DNA from: Wallemia ichthyophaga EXF-994
Lineage: Eukaryota > Fungi > Basidiomycota
Direction: 5' to 3'
Length of the DNA stretch: 248,000 nucleotides
NCBI RefSeq assembly: GCF_000400465.1
Contig: NW_008806277.1
Location: 20,001-268,000 of the forward strand
Position numbers and translations under genes: made by a program. Positions 213,972 through 228,020 of the stretch are shown in pieces; the first letter of the stretch is position 1; each line of letters starts with the position of its first letter. The notes beneath the pieces are model-generated. The model made no database searches. It saw nothing but the letters and a program-made list of their open reading frames with translations, and was not told the origin of the DNA.

Positions 213972-215877
213972 ATAGTCTATTATTATAGTGTTCAATATTG
214001 CTTGATAGTCTCGATAAACCGTTTTCAGATAGACTCAGCCGATTGTCCTCTAATTGAGAAGTGATTTGATGATAATTCAATGAGTTCCCACCACTAATTC
214101 GTGTCAAACAGTCCAATAAGGCAATCTTGTTGTTGTATTCGGAAAACAGTGCAACGAAGGCGACCATGGTCTCTAGATTTTCATTGGGTATCTTATGACT
214201 GAAAAGATTTTCAACAATGTTCAAAAGTGGTCTATTGAATAGATTAGATTTGTCGAGTAAATTATGTGATATAGTCAGATGCAGGAGAATTGAATGCCGT
214301 CTATAAATAGTGAGGTGATTGTATTTAGCTAGAAGGTAAAGTTGATAATTTAATTGTGCAAGGTTGATGGTTTTACTGTTTATTGTGTGATCTAAACATC
214401 TTAATATTATGGACTTTGATGGTTTATGATGACGCGACTTATCTAATTTGATTAATAAATTAGCCACAGGACGATCGACTAATATGTGAAATTTGATGAT
214501 GATTTCTAGGAAAGGCAAAGGATCGATACTTCTTTCATTGAGATCGATCAAAATTTTATCGATCAAGTCAAAGGACTGGGTATTCAATAATTGATTAATC
214601 AAAGTGCCATACGTTTCACTAGTAGGATGTAGACCTCTATCTAAAGCGTAATTGAATAGTTGAAAGGCTTGAGAAGGAGAGTTTTGAGCTATTGATAATA
214701 AAGATAAATTGATATCCTTCAAGTCAGGCATGATAGATCTGGATAGTAGATGACGAAAGACGGCCAATGAAGCGCTAGAGTTGCCTAAATATAGACACAT
214801 TCTTGATAGAGCGTTTAATTGGATGTGATTATAATCTGAAGGTTTAGAATCCTTCAAGTAATTATCAAAGATAAGATTAGCTAGTTTGAAATTATCAGAG
214901 TTACCCTTTTGGTTTGTTAGAAGCCTTATGATTGATAAAGTGAGATTTGAAGAATGTGTTGGAGATAATTGAGATGATGGTAAGTTAGGATAAGCGAGTT
215001 TGATGATGTCAGATTGATTTAATTTACAGCAATTAATGAGAATTGAAGATTGAATGGATGGTTCCAGTAGATTGAATTTATTAGTCTCTAATAATGATAG
215101 GGTGAAAGCTTTGTGATTAGATTTTAGATTCTGGGAGGATAGATGGTTGGATATTGTTAAAAGAGATAGTTGCGGAGGTGTGTAAGTATCTTTAACTTTT
215201 AAATAAAGCTTGTATAAGTTGTTGTTGTTGTTATTGTCCTGTAATTCCACCAATAAACGGAATAAACCATCAAAATGAGTTGTAGGGAGTTGATAATCTA
215301 ACTTGATCAAGTACTTTAATAGTAGATTGATAGCTGATTTATCGCCATCCATGATAAAATGACTCATAATAGTATTTAATAAGTTATCTTTGTAGTCAGT
215401 GGATGATGAACATTTTAGTAGTGAAGATGAGTATCGTAATGCTAGATCGCCTTTACCATAACGTAAAGAGATTAAGCAGGAATAGTTGAGAATGATAAAT
215501 TTAATGTTATTCAGGTTATTCGAATCGTTAATATTATTGATATGGTTAGTGAAACCAGAGTCGTTTAGATGATTAAATAGAGATTGTGCTATTGTCAAAG
215601 AGTTTTTATCATCAGAGTTAATAAGCCATAGAATAACATTTAAGCAATCATAGAGTGAATCATAATTCTGATAATTGATTGTGAAAGGTGTGGATGGAAC
215701 CGATGAAGTCAAGAATGGTTTAAATCTATCCAAATTTTGATTTATAGTTTCCAATTTTTCATGCAATTGATTGTAATTTGATAGACTGATAGATTTATCA
215801 CCAAAAACCAACGTTCTGAATGATCTATTGATACTAAATTTAAACTTCTTATCGATTAGTCTATTCAAAATTCTCAT
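213940..215877 (-). CDS. PPR-like mitochondrial protein
   Basis: Helical repeats, P..ETYGTLIN. Confidence 0.6.
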   Translation of the reverse strand: MRILNRLIDKKFKFSINRSFRTLVFGDKSISLSNYNQLHEKLETINQNLDRFKPFLTSSVPSTPFTINYQNYDSLYDCLNVILWLINSDDKNSLTIAQSLFNHLNDSGFTNHINNINDSNNLNNIKFIILNYSCLISLRYGKGDLALRYSSSLLKCSSSTDYKDNLLNTIMSHFIMDGDKSAINLLLKYLIKLDYQLPTTHFDGLFRLLVELQDNNNNNNLYKLYLKVKDTYTPPQLSLLTISNHLSSQNLKSNHKAFTLSLLETNKFNLLEPSIQSSILINCCKLNQSDIIKLAYPNLPSSQLSPTHSSNLTLSIIRLLTNQKGNSDNFKLANLIFDNYLKDSKPSDYNHIQLNALSRMCLYLGNSSASLAVFRHLLSRSIMPDLKDINLSLLSIAQNSPSQAFQLFNYALDRGLHPTSETYGTLINQLLNTQSFDLIDKILIDLNERSIDPLPFLEIIIKFHILVDRPVANLLIKLDKSRHHKPSKSIILRCLDHTINSKTINLAQLNYQLYLLAKYNHLTIYRRHSILLHLTISHNLLDKSNLFNRPLLNIVENLFSHKIPNENLETMVAFVALFSEYNNKIALLDCLTRISGGNSLNYHQITSQLEDNRLSLSENGLSRLSSNIEHYNNRLSNQLTSKQTR

Positions 215878-215953
215878 TTGCTGATTTATTCGTTAACATC
215901 AACTCCTCTGTATCCGCCTTATCAACTCACGATCCCCTATATCAATTTAGCTC

Positions 215954-216202
215954 ATGGGCAAATCTGCTAAATTCACAAAGAAACCTTTAAATAAAAAATT
216001 ATCAAAAAACAAAAATATAAATGCATCGTCTAGCTCTAATACTACAAGCCAGAAACATCCCACAACGAATCCTCCGCCACCTTCACACTCCGCAAAGCGT
216101 AGAAACAGAATTGTACAGCTATCAAATCAAGCAAAGGAAGCTAAATCAAAGGGCAGAACTGTGTTAGACGATAAAGATTATTTGAAATTATATGAAAAGT
216201 GA
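215954..216202 (+). CDS. Small basic nucleolar-like protein
   Basis: MGKSAKFTKKP..DKDYLKL. Confidence 0.5.
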   Translation: MGKSAKFTKKPLNKKLSKNKNINASSSSNTTSQKHPTTNPPPPSHSAKRRNRIVQLSNQAKEAKSKGRTVLDDKDYLKLYEK

Positions 216203-216412
216203 AATATTTGTAAAATTATTTTGGTTTTGCAGAGAAAATGAGAATACATATTATATTTTACACATAAGGATTATTATACATCAAAGAATATCATCTATGG
216301 AGTCATCTGCTGCTCACGTTTGCGCGATTGAGTTTGGTTGGTTCCCTACAATCTAAATAAGTAAGTAATTAATTCTGATATTAAACCATCTTATCAATAT
216401 ATGCACCTCAGT

Positions 216413-218472
216413 ATGACTGCTTATCTACCCCGTCAACAGTCTCAGCCCGCTTCCTCCTCCCCTATCGAATCTGAGTTTCCGCCAATCTATCTCAATACTC
216501 CAAACACTTCCCCTAAAATCAAAGATCAAGATATCGACGAAGAAGCTCTAGCCGACGTGTCTTTCGCGTCTTCAATCTCCATAACAACGAACTCTCCTTC
216601 ACCTCACAAATCTCAACCGAATTCAAACTTACCTTTGAATGATCTAAGTTTAAATGAGAATCAGACTATTAAGTCTAACAATCCTTACAATACCACCTCA
216701 AGAGGTAAAAAGCGCGTTGGCTTACCTGCAATGTGGTCCGTCACAAAGCAATCTATATCCCCACCCAACTCTTCTAAAAACAAAAGAAATGCTGTTATGT
216801 TTGAGCCTAAATCTGTTAGTTTTCACCTCTTTAAATGCGTTTTTGACTTATTCATTCCCTACAGACTATTATCCCTTCCTCGCCTCCATCCTCTCACCAC
216901 CATTCTGGTAGCTTAGATAAAGCTGATGAAAGTTCACAATATGTCTCTCAAAACAGTTATCAGGACTCGTCTCCAGAGTCTAAGTCTTCAATTAGACCTA
217001 GAGCTCCTTCTGAACCTTCAAAACCCGACATCTATTATCATAACCCATCCTCTCCGGAAAGAGTAAAGAAACCAAGACTTTCTCCTTTGAAACCCCCTTT
217101 CATGTCTATCAAGACCTTAGGTAGAGCTTATTCTGCACCAGACAACTACGTTGGTCAATCAAAAACTATCTCAGGCACTCTCTCTCCTTATCAATCATCT
217201 CAATCTCCTAATTATTCAAAGTATAAGTCTGCCCCAATACGCGAGCGTAGACAAAACAAAAAGAGCAGACCTCCAATGCCCTCATTCGAACAACAATCAC
217301 CTTCATTGTTCAATAATGACCATCAATCTGAAAACCAACCTGATAAATCAAACAAAAAACCCTTCGCTAAACCCGCATTCAGAAGAGCTTTCTCTTTAGT
217401 TGCTCCAAATCCAATGAACAATGTCCCATCACCGGGTGATATTGACTCTTCACCATGTGCTGATGCTTCTCCGTCAATAAGACCTTTATCACAACAAATT
217501 CAACAAAAAAACACTTTTAATAGACCTTCAGGTCCTTTGAGAGCTCTATCTTCTTTACAAGGTCCTGCGATTTCTCCTAGAGGTGTTCAAATTCCTGGTT
217601 TCGGTCATAGTGAAAAGGAGGGTAAACTTTTACCTTGTTTCAACGTTAAGGATGATGGCTTAATGAGAGTAAACCCTGATGTCGTTGATGACTTGATATC
217701 CAACCCTCTGCCAAACAATATTAGTGATTTACACATCGTTGATTGTAGATTCCCATTCGAATATGCAGGTGGTCATATTCCAGGTGCTGTTAATCTTGGT
217801 ACTCTTCAAGCTGTTGAGAATCATTTCTTAATACCAAACTCTGGTATTAATCAATCATCTTTCTCTTTACCTACACCCTCAACTTCTGCATCTAATAATG
217901 AAAATAGTCGAAAAGTTATTATTTTCCACTGCGAATTCTCAAACATGAGAGCACCTACACTCGCAAAGCACCTTAGATCTTTAGACAGAAGTCGCAATGA
218001 ACATCCTAACCTAAATTTTCCGGAACTCTATATTTTATCAGGAGGTTACGCGGAATATTACAAACAATATAATTTTAAAAAACCTTACTTGAGATATACA
218101 CCGATGGATGCACCAAACTTCCATCCAGAACGAGAAGCTCATCTAGCTGCATTCAGAGCCTCATCAAAACCATCTTCCATGGGTGGCGGACCAAATATGG
218201 GATTAAGGTCAAAATCGTTTACATTTGCAACTAACAGCTCTAGATTGACAAATGTTTCAAAACTACTACAAGATCAGACAGTACATGAGGAGTGTAGTGA
218301 GATTTCAATGGATGCCTCACCTTGCGCGCCTTCACAGAAAAGTAACAGACCTCCATTACTTAATAGACACAAATCACTCGCTAAGTTGCAAAGCTCGCCT
218401 CTTAAATTAGACAGCGACAACGATTCACCAATGAAGATAAAAAGGGACTTGACTTTTGTTGATCGGTCATAA
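216413..218472 (+). CDS. MIH1: Cdc25/Mih1 phosphatase
   Basis: IVDCRFPFEYAGGHI, FHCEFS..RAP. Confidence 0.9.
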
Positions 218473-218598
218473 TCATCAAAACGTCTCAAACACTCTTTCT
218501 CAAACACACTCTCTCAAACATTCTTTCTATTCAGTATTTTGTTTATAGTTGTATATGTTTATATAAATACACGGTATTATTCAAGCTCAAACTCAAAA

Positions 218599-219300
218599 TC
218601 AAATACCCAATCGCTCTTCTAACTCCTTGTTTTGAAGTTTCAGTGTTTCTATAGTGTTCATATCTGACTTTTGCTGTGTTATATGCCCAAGATATTCCTT
218701 GCGTAGATCTTCATATTGAGATTGTAATTCTGTATACATTCCTGCACGCTCTTTGACATTTGAGAGTGTTGAACGATGTTCATTGTCTAATTCGAGCTGC
218801 CTTTCTTGTTGTAATACATATAATCTCTTTGATAATTCGTTAACGGTGGTATCCTGGAATGTCTTTCTAGCCGCAAGTCCAACACTCAGTTGATTCTCCA
218901 GCAAACTTATCTTTGATAGTAACTCCTGATTCTCCTTACTCAACGCAAAGGCTGCTTCAGATGATTGCTGGTATTGTTGCCTTAGGAAGTCATTATCCTC
219001 TACTAAACCGTTTATACGTCTGTCATTATCTTCAACTTGTGCGCCTAATCTGACATTCTCGCCAACATTCCTTTCGTGATCCCCTTGGAGGGCATGAGCA
219101 AACTTTGTGAATTGATCGAATGGATTGAGCGGCTAATAATGTTAGATGATTTTTCACTTTAACTTACTACCTTACTGTTTCTGGTGCTTCTTCGACATTG
219201 ACGTCCTTTGACTCGTTATCTTTGACTCTCACATCATCCTCATTTGGCTGCTCAATAATTACCGCTTCAACTACTGCATCATCTTGCATCGGTACATTAT
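218599..219300 (-). CDS. Coiled-coil hypothetical protein
   Basis: Coiled-coil exons. Confidence 0.4.
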
Positions 219301-219537
219301 CCTCCATTTCTTGTGTACTGGCAGAATAACTTGATGATGACCGTTGGTTCTTATCCGTTAACTCATAAGACTTGTAATAAGAATAATAAATTCACTTTAC
219401 AATTATATAATGCTAATTTGTAATCGTACAATGCGAAATAGTTATGCAATGAAGTGATTGCCGTTACGGAAATCAAAGCTGATCGTCATCAACAACAAAA
219501 CCATCCTCATACTAAAGAAATCAAAGTTAGAAATATT

Positions 219538-222500
219538 TTAGTGTATAAGTTTACCCAAACTCACATCATATGTATCATCTGGATCAGCTACGTTTGGACT
219601 ACTAGAAAGCAACATCGGCCTATGGGCTGCCTCTTTCGAACCAAGCATAAACCCTACAGGATTCCTTATAGGTCCTGCATTAAATTGTGGTCCACCTCCG
219701 TTTGGTACCTGAGTTGCTAAACCCATTACATAAGCTGCTTGCTGATTATAATCAATGTCATTATTAATGAGCTGACTTTGATCACCAGCAACAAAATCAA
219801 TATCACTTTCCGATAGTGCTTCTACGTCACTTGATCTCTCATCTCCAGAAGCATCTTCATTTTCAGAGACTTGAGCATCCAGATCTAAATATTCACCATG
219901 CGTCATCATCGTTCTACTACGCTTTGTTGTTGGCTGAGGAGGCATTGGTGATGTATTCGATGATGATCTCTGTCTTAATCGTTTGAATGGATGATAGGGT
220001 GTACCACGGGGTGAGGATGAGATGAGTGATTTGCCTGTTGTGCGAGGTGCAATAAGACTCTGACCAGGTTTACGGACAACCTGTGATTGATCGGGCGATC
220101 CATTACTCAATATTGATTTCGGTTCATAATGAAATGGCTTGATATATGTGTTCTCCTGAACATTCATTCGTGTGTTGTTGACAACAAGCGGAGATGAGTC
220201 AACTGACATGCAGCTGTTGTTTGCATTTTTACCACCCAATGGTCTTGCTGGCGTTTTAAATGTTTCATCTTTACGCTTAGCGTTGTCATTCTTTCCGGGA
220301 ACGACCACGGGACTGTCAACTTGATCAGAATCAAGGTCAATGACTGGTGAATCTTGAAATAGTAGTCTAGGTGCTTTAAACCCTTTTTTACTTCTCTTCT
220401 TGCTTCCAAATGGTGGCTCTGACGGTGACTTTAAGATCGGTGGTTTGTTCAGGACCAAGACTGGTGAAGATGTTGGTGACATTGGCGTTGGTGATCTCGT
220501 ACGCTGTCTTTTTGTACTCTGTGTAGGCTTGGGAGACTCTACCTCTTCTTCGTCATCATGGAGAGTGATTGAATGAGTTCGCAATGACAACGTCTTTGAT
220601 AAAGCGGCCACTGATTGATTGGATTTACTTGCTTGACTTGCTTGCCGTCTTACAGCATGACTTGGCTGCCTTTGTAATTGGCTGGGTTTATTCTTCAACT
220701 TCTCGTTTCGCTTCGACGAAGGACCTGAGGGCTCAAGCTTCAAGGGCTGCACTTCCTTCTGTGACTGAAAGTCATCTATGCCCTTTTTTAGTGCTTCATC
220801 TTCAGAATCTGATTCGACGTTCATAGCAGCAGTGTCTGTTTTCTTTTCAACGAGATCACTAGCATTAACAAACCCCGAGGTAGCTTGTTCTGGGACGTTA
220901 CGAAGAGGATTTTCATTTCTTTTCCGCTTTGGCTTTGAAGCCTTCGTGAAGTTACGGATGTTTGAACTAGAAGAGTCTTTCTTGATGTTTTTCTTAGTTA
221001 AGCTTTCCCATTCTTCAACCTGAACATGTCTCTTCTCACATTCAGGTTCAACGTCATGTGGAATTAACCGTTCAACATCGTTGTATAATGCCACTTGATC
221101 TCCCGAAACAATATATGCTTGAACATCCTGGTGCCTAGCTTGTGCTTCATCCCAATTTTTATCTTCAAGGTCTTCAGCCATGAGTGTGTGAACGTGTCCC
221201 TGACGCTTTCTGCCAGTACGACCAATCTTTTGTAACATACTGATAGAGCTTCTTCCAGGATCATAGGTTATAGTAAGATCGATATCACCAATGTCCAAAC
221301 CTTCTTCACCGATAGATGTTGAGACTAACACATTAAAAGTCCCATCTTTATATTCATTCATGACTTTCTGTTGTTGTTTTTGATTTAAACCCTTTTTACC
221401 ATTAGATGCTGCTTGTCCGACGAATGCCGCCGCCTATTATGAATCTTGTCAGATATATACTTTTGCATTATTTCCTAACCCACTCTAAGAATAGGAGAAT
221501 GGGTATTGATTTGTTCCACTACTTCGTCCACTGTCTCTCTAAGTGCTGTATGAGTGTGAGATACTGATCTTAAGACAAAGAAAAAACGCACATGCAAAGA
221601 CTATGGCTCTAGTTTCAGTCTTTTCCGTTGAAAAGTTGGTAAAGTGATCCAATAACAGTGATTCTACTTTCTCCATCTTTGGATGACTGAGTCTGCCATT
221701 GCGTCTGGATCGTTCAGACTCTATTGATAACATAAGTTTTTCTATAGTCTTTTTGGTATCTGGATCTTGCTTTTTGCCGCTCAGCTCTTGCAAATTTTGA
221801 TAGAATATCTCAATGCTCTGGATTTGCTGTAAATTGGTTAGCCTTTTTTCTAGCGCAATTAATTGTGAGCTCACCAAGTTCCTCATAGCACGCGTGGCAT
221901 CTCCTGCTTTATTCAAACTACCAAACAAATATTTTTGATGTGGTAATATCCTGCTACGAAGAGCAGTGATCGAATATGGATGAAGCTTCCTCAATTTGTT
222001 GATTGTGTACTCTGGAAGAAGATCTTTTGCAATGAGTGGATCGACTGTACGCTGGTCGAACGCTTTAGTCGATTATCAATCGTTTTAAGTTGACTTACTT
222101 TTACGACATCCTCCCATTGCATACACAACTCATCTATGAAGTAGTCCATTTTTATAATATGCTCTTCAAAGATCTTCTTATGGGTGTACTGTTTAATATC
222201 TGGTGATGAGTCATTGCGAATGGCGATATTACTTATATGCAAGTTATCTATAATTGGTTGTACTTGTTCAGGAGTATTACCAGGAGTAGCCGTCAAAGCC
222301 AATACTCTGAAATGAGGGTTCGTTTTCATCATGTGCCGCACCACTGAGCAGTAGCTATCAAAGTGTAAATATGATGTCATCTAAGAATGCATGACGCACG
222401 AATAATCTCCTTGTCCTTTGTGAGCTTCATCTGGATAAAAAATGTAAGATTTTTATGTAAGCTGCAAATGTCTTGAACTACCTATCACTATCAAGACAAC

Positions 222501-223712
222501 ATCTTGAGGATCACACACTCCCTTTTGAAGGTCGTTGTTTAGAGTTTGAGGAGTCATATACAAAACCCTCTTTTCCCTTATCTGATAACTGTGAGCGCTG
222601 ATTGTTTTTTTAAAGGACAGCTTACGATAGCTTCACGTTTTTGTTGTGAGACATCACCATACAAGACACTGACATCAGATTGCGGGATACCACAAACGTC
222701 GTGACAAGCTTTGGCCTGTTGATCGACAAGCGGTTCTAATCTCATTCATTTTAATGTTCTTGTAATCTGAGTCAACTTACTCGTTGGTGCTAAGAAGACT
222801 ACTTTGGCAGTAGGGAACCACTTATAGTAGTTCATAATAACTACTCCAGCTATTAGTGTCTAAATCGTTGTCAATTTGGAAAGAAGGGATTTCAAAGCAA
222901 CTCACTTTACCAAGACCAGTTGGAAGCGCGACCAATGTGTTTTGGAAGAGACACTGTGTTGTGATATTGATCTGGTAGTCTCTGATAGGATAGTTTGTAG
223001 GATAAATCCAGCTCTTGACAGCTTGAGGATCGTATCTATGCTTCATCGGTTGTAGCTATAGTTGTTTAGTAGTTGTAGAGGTTCTATACTCGACTTACAG
223101 AGCTAAAAGCGGTTTGGTGAGACAGTGTTACAGGAAAATAAAAAACCACCTACCCTAAGCAAATGTAAGAAAGTTGCAGATAAATTGTGTTAACTTACCT
223201 GTTGATAGCGAGGGGAATTGCTCGAATTCAATTAAATCGTCTTCGATAATCATATCGCCGTCCTCTTCAGCTCTCGCCTTCTGCTTTCTCTGCTTGTTTG
223301 ATTTAGACATAGCCTTGTAGTCCCATTGCTTTTTTGCTCCACTGTGCTCTTTCTGAACCATAACAGGTCGCGGTGGAGGTCGCGACGCGGGAGGTGGCGG
223401 TGCACCCCAAAGTCTCTGCTGAACCAGCCCTTGGGATGATGCTGGGTTATTGTATGAGTTATTTTCAATGCGATCTAATTGCTCCATAGCGTCGTCGTCG
223501 ATGATGATAGGTGAGTTGAAATCCTCACCATAATCGATCGTGCTGTCTATCCCAGCGGTCTGTTCCTCTCTAATTCGATAGTCTTGTATTTGTGGCCGCT
223601 GTTGGTTGAATTGCGATTCAATCAAGTCAGCCTGCTCTAATAGATCGGCATCGTCGAAAGAATCGGAGAAGTCTGAGTTGTCCACTAGACGTAAGATGTT
223701 AGCCTCTTCCAT
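219538..223712 (-). CDS. MPH1: FANCM/Mph1 DEAH helicase
   Basis: [38 protein letters not shown]. Confidence 0.9.
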
Positions 223713-224187
223713 ATTGCGGGATATTCGCGCTTACTCTGTGCTATCTTGAGGAGCACAAGCACGCGTAGTGGTGGTTCGATTCAACACGCGATTAGGATGG
223801 GATTTGATCAAGTGGAGTAGATTTTGAATCATTTTTGTGTACCTGCAGCAAGTATAAGCTAAATCAATTTATATCGACTCAAATTACTCTCCACCTCTTG
223901 CTCATCTCTCGCATCCAAAAGCGGAGCAATTAATAACAAGGTACGAATGACGTTGGTGTTTACGCGTAGCATGGTCATGAGCCGATAGCATTGAAGCATC
224001 ATCTTACATAAAATCTAATAAATATCGCGTCAAATCCTTCAACGCTCTGAGCACATCTGTGACGTCAGTTTATCGAATCATTTATAAGTTTACAATTATT
224101 TCTTTGAATCAAGAAACTGTCCTTGATATGATTATTCAGGTACAAGAATCTTGAATGTTTGAGTGTATGTACTAATCGATGCATTCT

Positions 224188-225830
224188 TTATTTCATCAAA
224201 TCAACTAAATCGTCAAACGGTGACTTTTGTTGAGGTTGTTGAGGTGGATGAGGTTGGGGATTTGTAAATTGTGCATTAGATGTTGTGGTATTATTGATAT
224301 TGGCGGGTGTGTTCAGTCCTGGTGTTATAGGGCTTTGGGCAGCAGGAGTGTATGGTTGGGAATAGCTGACTGGTGTGCCTGTTGCTGGCCTCATTGCATA
224401 GAGACTCTTTAAAGCTTCATTTGAGCTCAAGTTCATCGCTGGTGGTGATGATACTTGAGCAGGTTGCGTTTGGGATTGCACATCTGCAGATCCTGTAGGG
224501 CCAGGGGATGGTGCAGAAAATAAATCTACTGGAAGTTCACTGCTTGCACCTCCTCCTAGTTGTACTCCAGCATCATTACCTTCGTCGCGTTCAACGTGTT
224601 CGTACTGCAAAGGATCATCGAAGTCAATCAAATTCTGACCTTCACTTCGGTCGTTTGAATTTCCAGATGTGATACCCTTAGATTGAAAGCTTGACTCGTT
224701 AGATTCAACTCTGTGCGTTTCATTATAACTTACTTTTCATTCATTTCAAACTTGGCATCGTAATCACCATTCTTAAAAGCTGTGTATCTGTTTACGACGT
224801 TGTTTATCAAGTCGTTAATCTGCAATAAGCGTTCTGAAGGTAAATTTGTCAAACAGGGGTTTGCACTGACGATATATACTCACCTAGCAAGTCTGGGTCC
224901 GATTCAGATGCATCAGATATCCATTTTTGTAGTTTCGGACTTGCTTGCTTGCAAAGTGATGCTACTTGCTAAGCTGGGGTAAGCTTTATGTGCTTTTGTA
225001 TATAAGTCCTACTCACATCATATGCATCACCACGCACGAGCTTTTCCTGAGTCTGTGCAGCTTGGTCTAGCATATCGTTAAGAAGTATAGCTTTGTGCTG
225101 AACTTTGTCGAGTTCTTTCAATGTTTGTGCGCGATAGTCTGGCTTGCGTTCGTCCTTCAGAGCATTAGCGGTGTATATTTTGTGTTTAAGTGACTCACAA
225201 ATCCAGAAAGCTTTTTCATGAGATCTTGAGCAGCAGCTAAATCTCTTGGTGTACCACGCCTGATAAGTTCTTGCAATTTCTACCAGCCGTCAGGGCGTAT
225301 ATACGCAGAATAATCTATACCTACCGCGGATTGCGCTTCTCTATCTTCCTCTTCTAATTCTTCGGGTGATTTGAGGTTCTAATGCAACGTTAGATATCAT
225401 CGTGCGATACGACTCTTCTTACATCAGTCGCAACGGTTATAGCAGCATTTCTACTCAATTCTGGGAATCTGTAACCTTTATAACCAAGCAATCTCCACAT
225501 GTCTCTAACGTGAACAAGGTCCTCCTTGTGTTTTGAAGTAGTCGCTACGCCATTCTTCCACTCATTGATAAGCTCGAGCGTTTTGCCCATGATTGGACCT
225601 GGATAGGCGGGTGGACGCTCTGGGAACCTACGCACAAGCTCATTGAGGAAGTCTTTTGTCGCTATTTGGAGATGGAAAGGGTAACCACAGTTCTTGACCA
225701 GCACATCAAGTAGCTTGACAAGTGTCAGTCCAATGAAGCTATAAGAGAGCACAAACTCACATGAAGAGCTAGTAGCGCTGATCTAGGGCTTCCCTGATTG
225801 ACATGCCTTAATATCTCAAACGCAGCTTCT
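224188..225830 (-). CDS. VHS-GAT adaptor (Lsb5/TOM1-like)
   Basis: LLDVLVKNCGYPFHLQIATKDFLNEL. Confidence 0.75.
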
Positions 225831-225955
225831 CGTGGACTAAGAGGAGCGTGAGATTGACCTACTAATAAGCAACAACTAACCAATTGGATTTTTTGGTATT
225901 GATGTACTCAGCTATTTCCATTTCTAGTTCTTGATTTGGCTGGAAAAGCGTCGTT

Positions 225956-227480
225956 TCACATGCCATAGCTGAGATTGAACTGAGATTGAGGACGCCGTTT
226001 GATCCGAATCTTACCTATATACGAGGACAGCACATCAGAGGTTCTTGAATTTCTGCCCCAAGGGCTCCCCAGACGACCGAGCGTATTTGGATTAAGCATC
226101 TTGATGGTGGTAGCGGAGTTGCATGTAAATAAATAAATTACTATCAGGTATACAATCAGAGGTGGTGACCCGGCACCAACGCGAATATGAGTGTGAACAC
226201 TGCAGTAGATAGTGCAACGAGTGCGGCTACTAATCTGCATTACTGTGAGATTGATAATGATATCACGACGCAATAACCTACGCGGTGCGAATGAGTAGGA
226301 GCTTCTTAACATAGGGCTCTTCAATTTCGATAGTCCTGAATGGCGTCGTTTCGCTATGCTTTGTCAGTATTGCTATCGATGACACAACAACGCACCTCTT
226401 GTTAAACAAGACCATAAGAGGGTCGATATTATACTTGAAAGACCAGATGAGAAAGAAAGATATTAAAAAGGGTAAAAGCACCTGTATTCGCATTCGATTA
226501 GCTGGGTAATGAGGCGTAATTGTTGCACACACCCAAACTCGCGTCTTCTGGGGCTTGTAGTCGATGAATATAAAGCAAAAGCCAAGTGCAAAAGCAAACC
226601 AAAGAAGGAAAAGTCCTAAACCGAGTCTTACTAATGATGACATCGGTGTTAAGTTACCAAAACCTTTGGCACGTAAAAATCTGTTCCTAGTTAGCAGTGG
226701 AAAAGCAATATATTACACCACAAACCTGGGAAACACACCACCCTCAAGTGCCCTGAAAATATACTCCTTCTGAGGGTAGAAGAGATCTGGTATATCAGTC
226801 AGCGGCGTATTATGACCAAAGTTTTGTATTCTAAGAGCAGGTGGTAGATAGATTTCCTTGTCACTGCCAGGAGCGAGGTATCTAAAGTAAATGCGCTCAG
226901 CTGAGTCGAACAAATCACCATGGCTAATGACAGCATTTCTAGGTATCGTCGTTGGATTCCTCTTTGAGTCCTTGCGTTTAGAAACCAAAGTATTGACAGA
227001 CTTCTCCGGGTCAAAGTCAGATGTCGATAAGTTCTGCTTGTTTGAGTTGTTTGAGGCGTCGAGTAAGAAATTGTCTAGTGCAACTGGTTGCTCACGGTGA
227101 CCTGATTGAAGGGAAGTTGAGGAACGCGACTGATTGTTGATTGGAGAAGGACTTAGGCGATTGCGATCGAAGTTGTTTGAGGGTTCTGCGAGACCGATGA
227201 GGTTTGAGTATATGGAACCCTTGCTACGCGCGCTACTAAGATATTCCGGCCAGACGTCCTGTATCAGTCTTCCAGATTTCCTGATATCCTTAAAGTAAGC
227301 GCGGCACAGATTCTCGTGTTGCTGTGTGTCTAGCCAGAAATCAAGTGCGTCCTCAGAGCCCTCGCGTTGGAGGAAAAGATAGAGACAGAAAAGATCGACG
227401 GGTGGTTTAGTTTTCCGAGAAAGGACCTCTGCTAGCGTGGGTAGACGCGTCAGTCCAGAGGAGTTCTCTGTGAATTTCAT
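225956..227480 (-). CDS. RAX1: RGS-domain bud-site protein Rax1
   Basis: RLPTLAEVLSRKTKPPVDL; C-terminal TMs. Confidence 0.8.
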
Positions 227481-227640
227481 ATGATGAAGTAAGTTGAAGA
227501 GATGTGCATAACATTCCAGTGGAAATGTAAATAAATTTTGGAGGCAATAAGTCGCACAAGATTACCAGCAGTATCACGCACGAATTCTGTACTTGGGATA
227601 CTCACTCATCTCTCCGTCCTCGTTCTCAGAAACGTCCAAG

Positions 227641-228020
227641 ATGTCAGCATTCAGCAGAGCACTCCCAACGGCGGTAAAAGAAATCAGACTAATTGGATGC
227701 CAAACTGGAAACAGATCAGAGGGATTCAGGTGGGTAATGTATTTATCTCTGCGTAGAATAATCCCAACCGCAACCAGGCAATTCGTACAATCATCCTACC
227801 CTAATCTCAAGCAATCGAATCCACATCTACCAATCCTCGTTCGTGAGGCTGCCGGTGTACCAGCACGTGCATTCGCTAGATTTGGTGGGTAGCCGTGTCC
227901 AAGCACAGGACAGCACTGACAATGACAGAATACGGCTTGGAGAAGAACGTTAGCTTAGATGGATTGTCTGCAGGTGAGGTGACAAAGCAGGTCGAGACGC
228001 TGCTGTCCAAGACCAATTAG
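227641..228020 (+). CDS. Complex I subunit NDUFA2 (B8)
   Basis: KEIRL..CQT, YP.LK..NP.LPILVRE. Confidence 0.8.

Noticed and set aside
223770-223795. GGTTCGATTC T-loop-like motif upstream of MPH1
   Set aside because: No T stem or other tRNA arms; the region looks like an ACGCG-containing promoter
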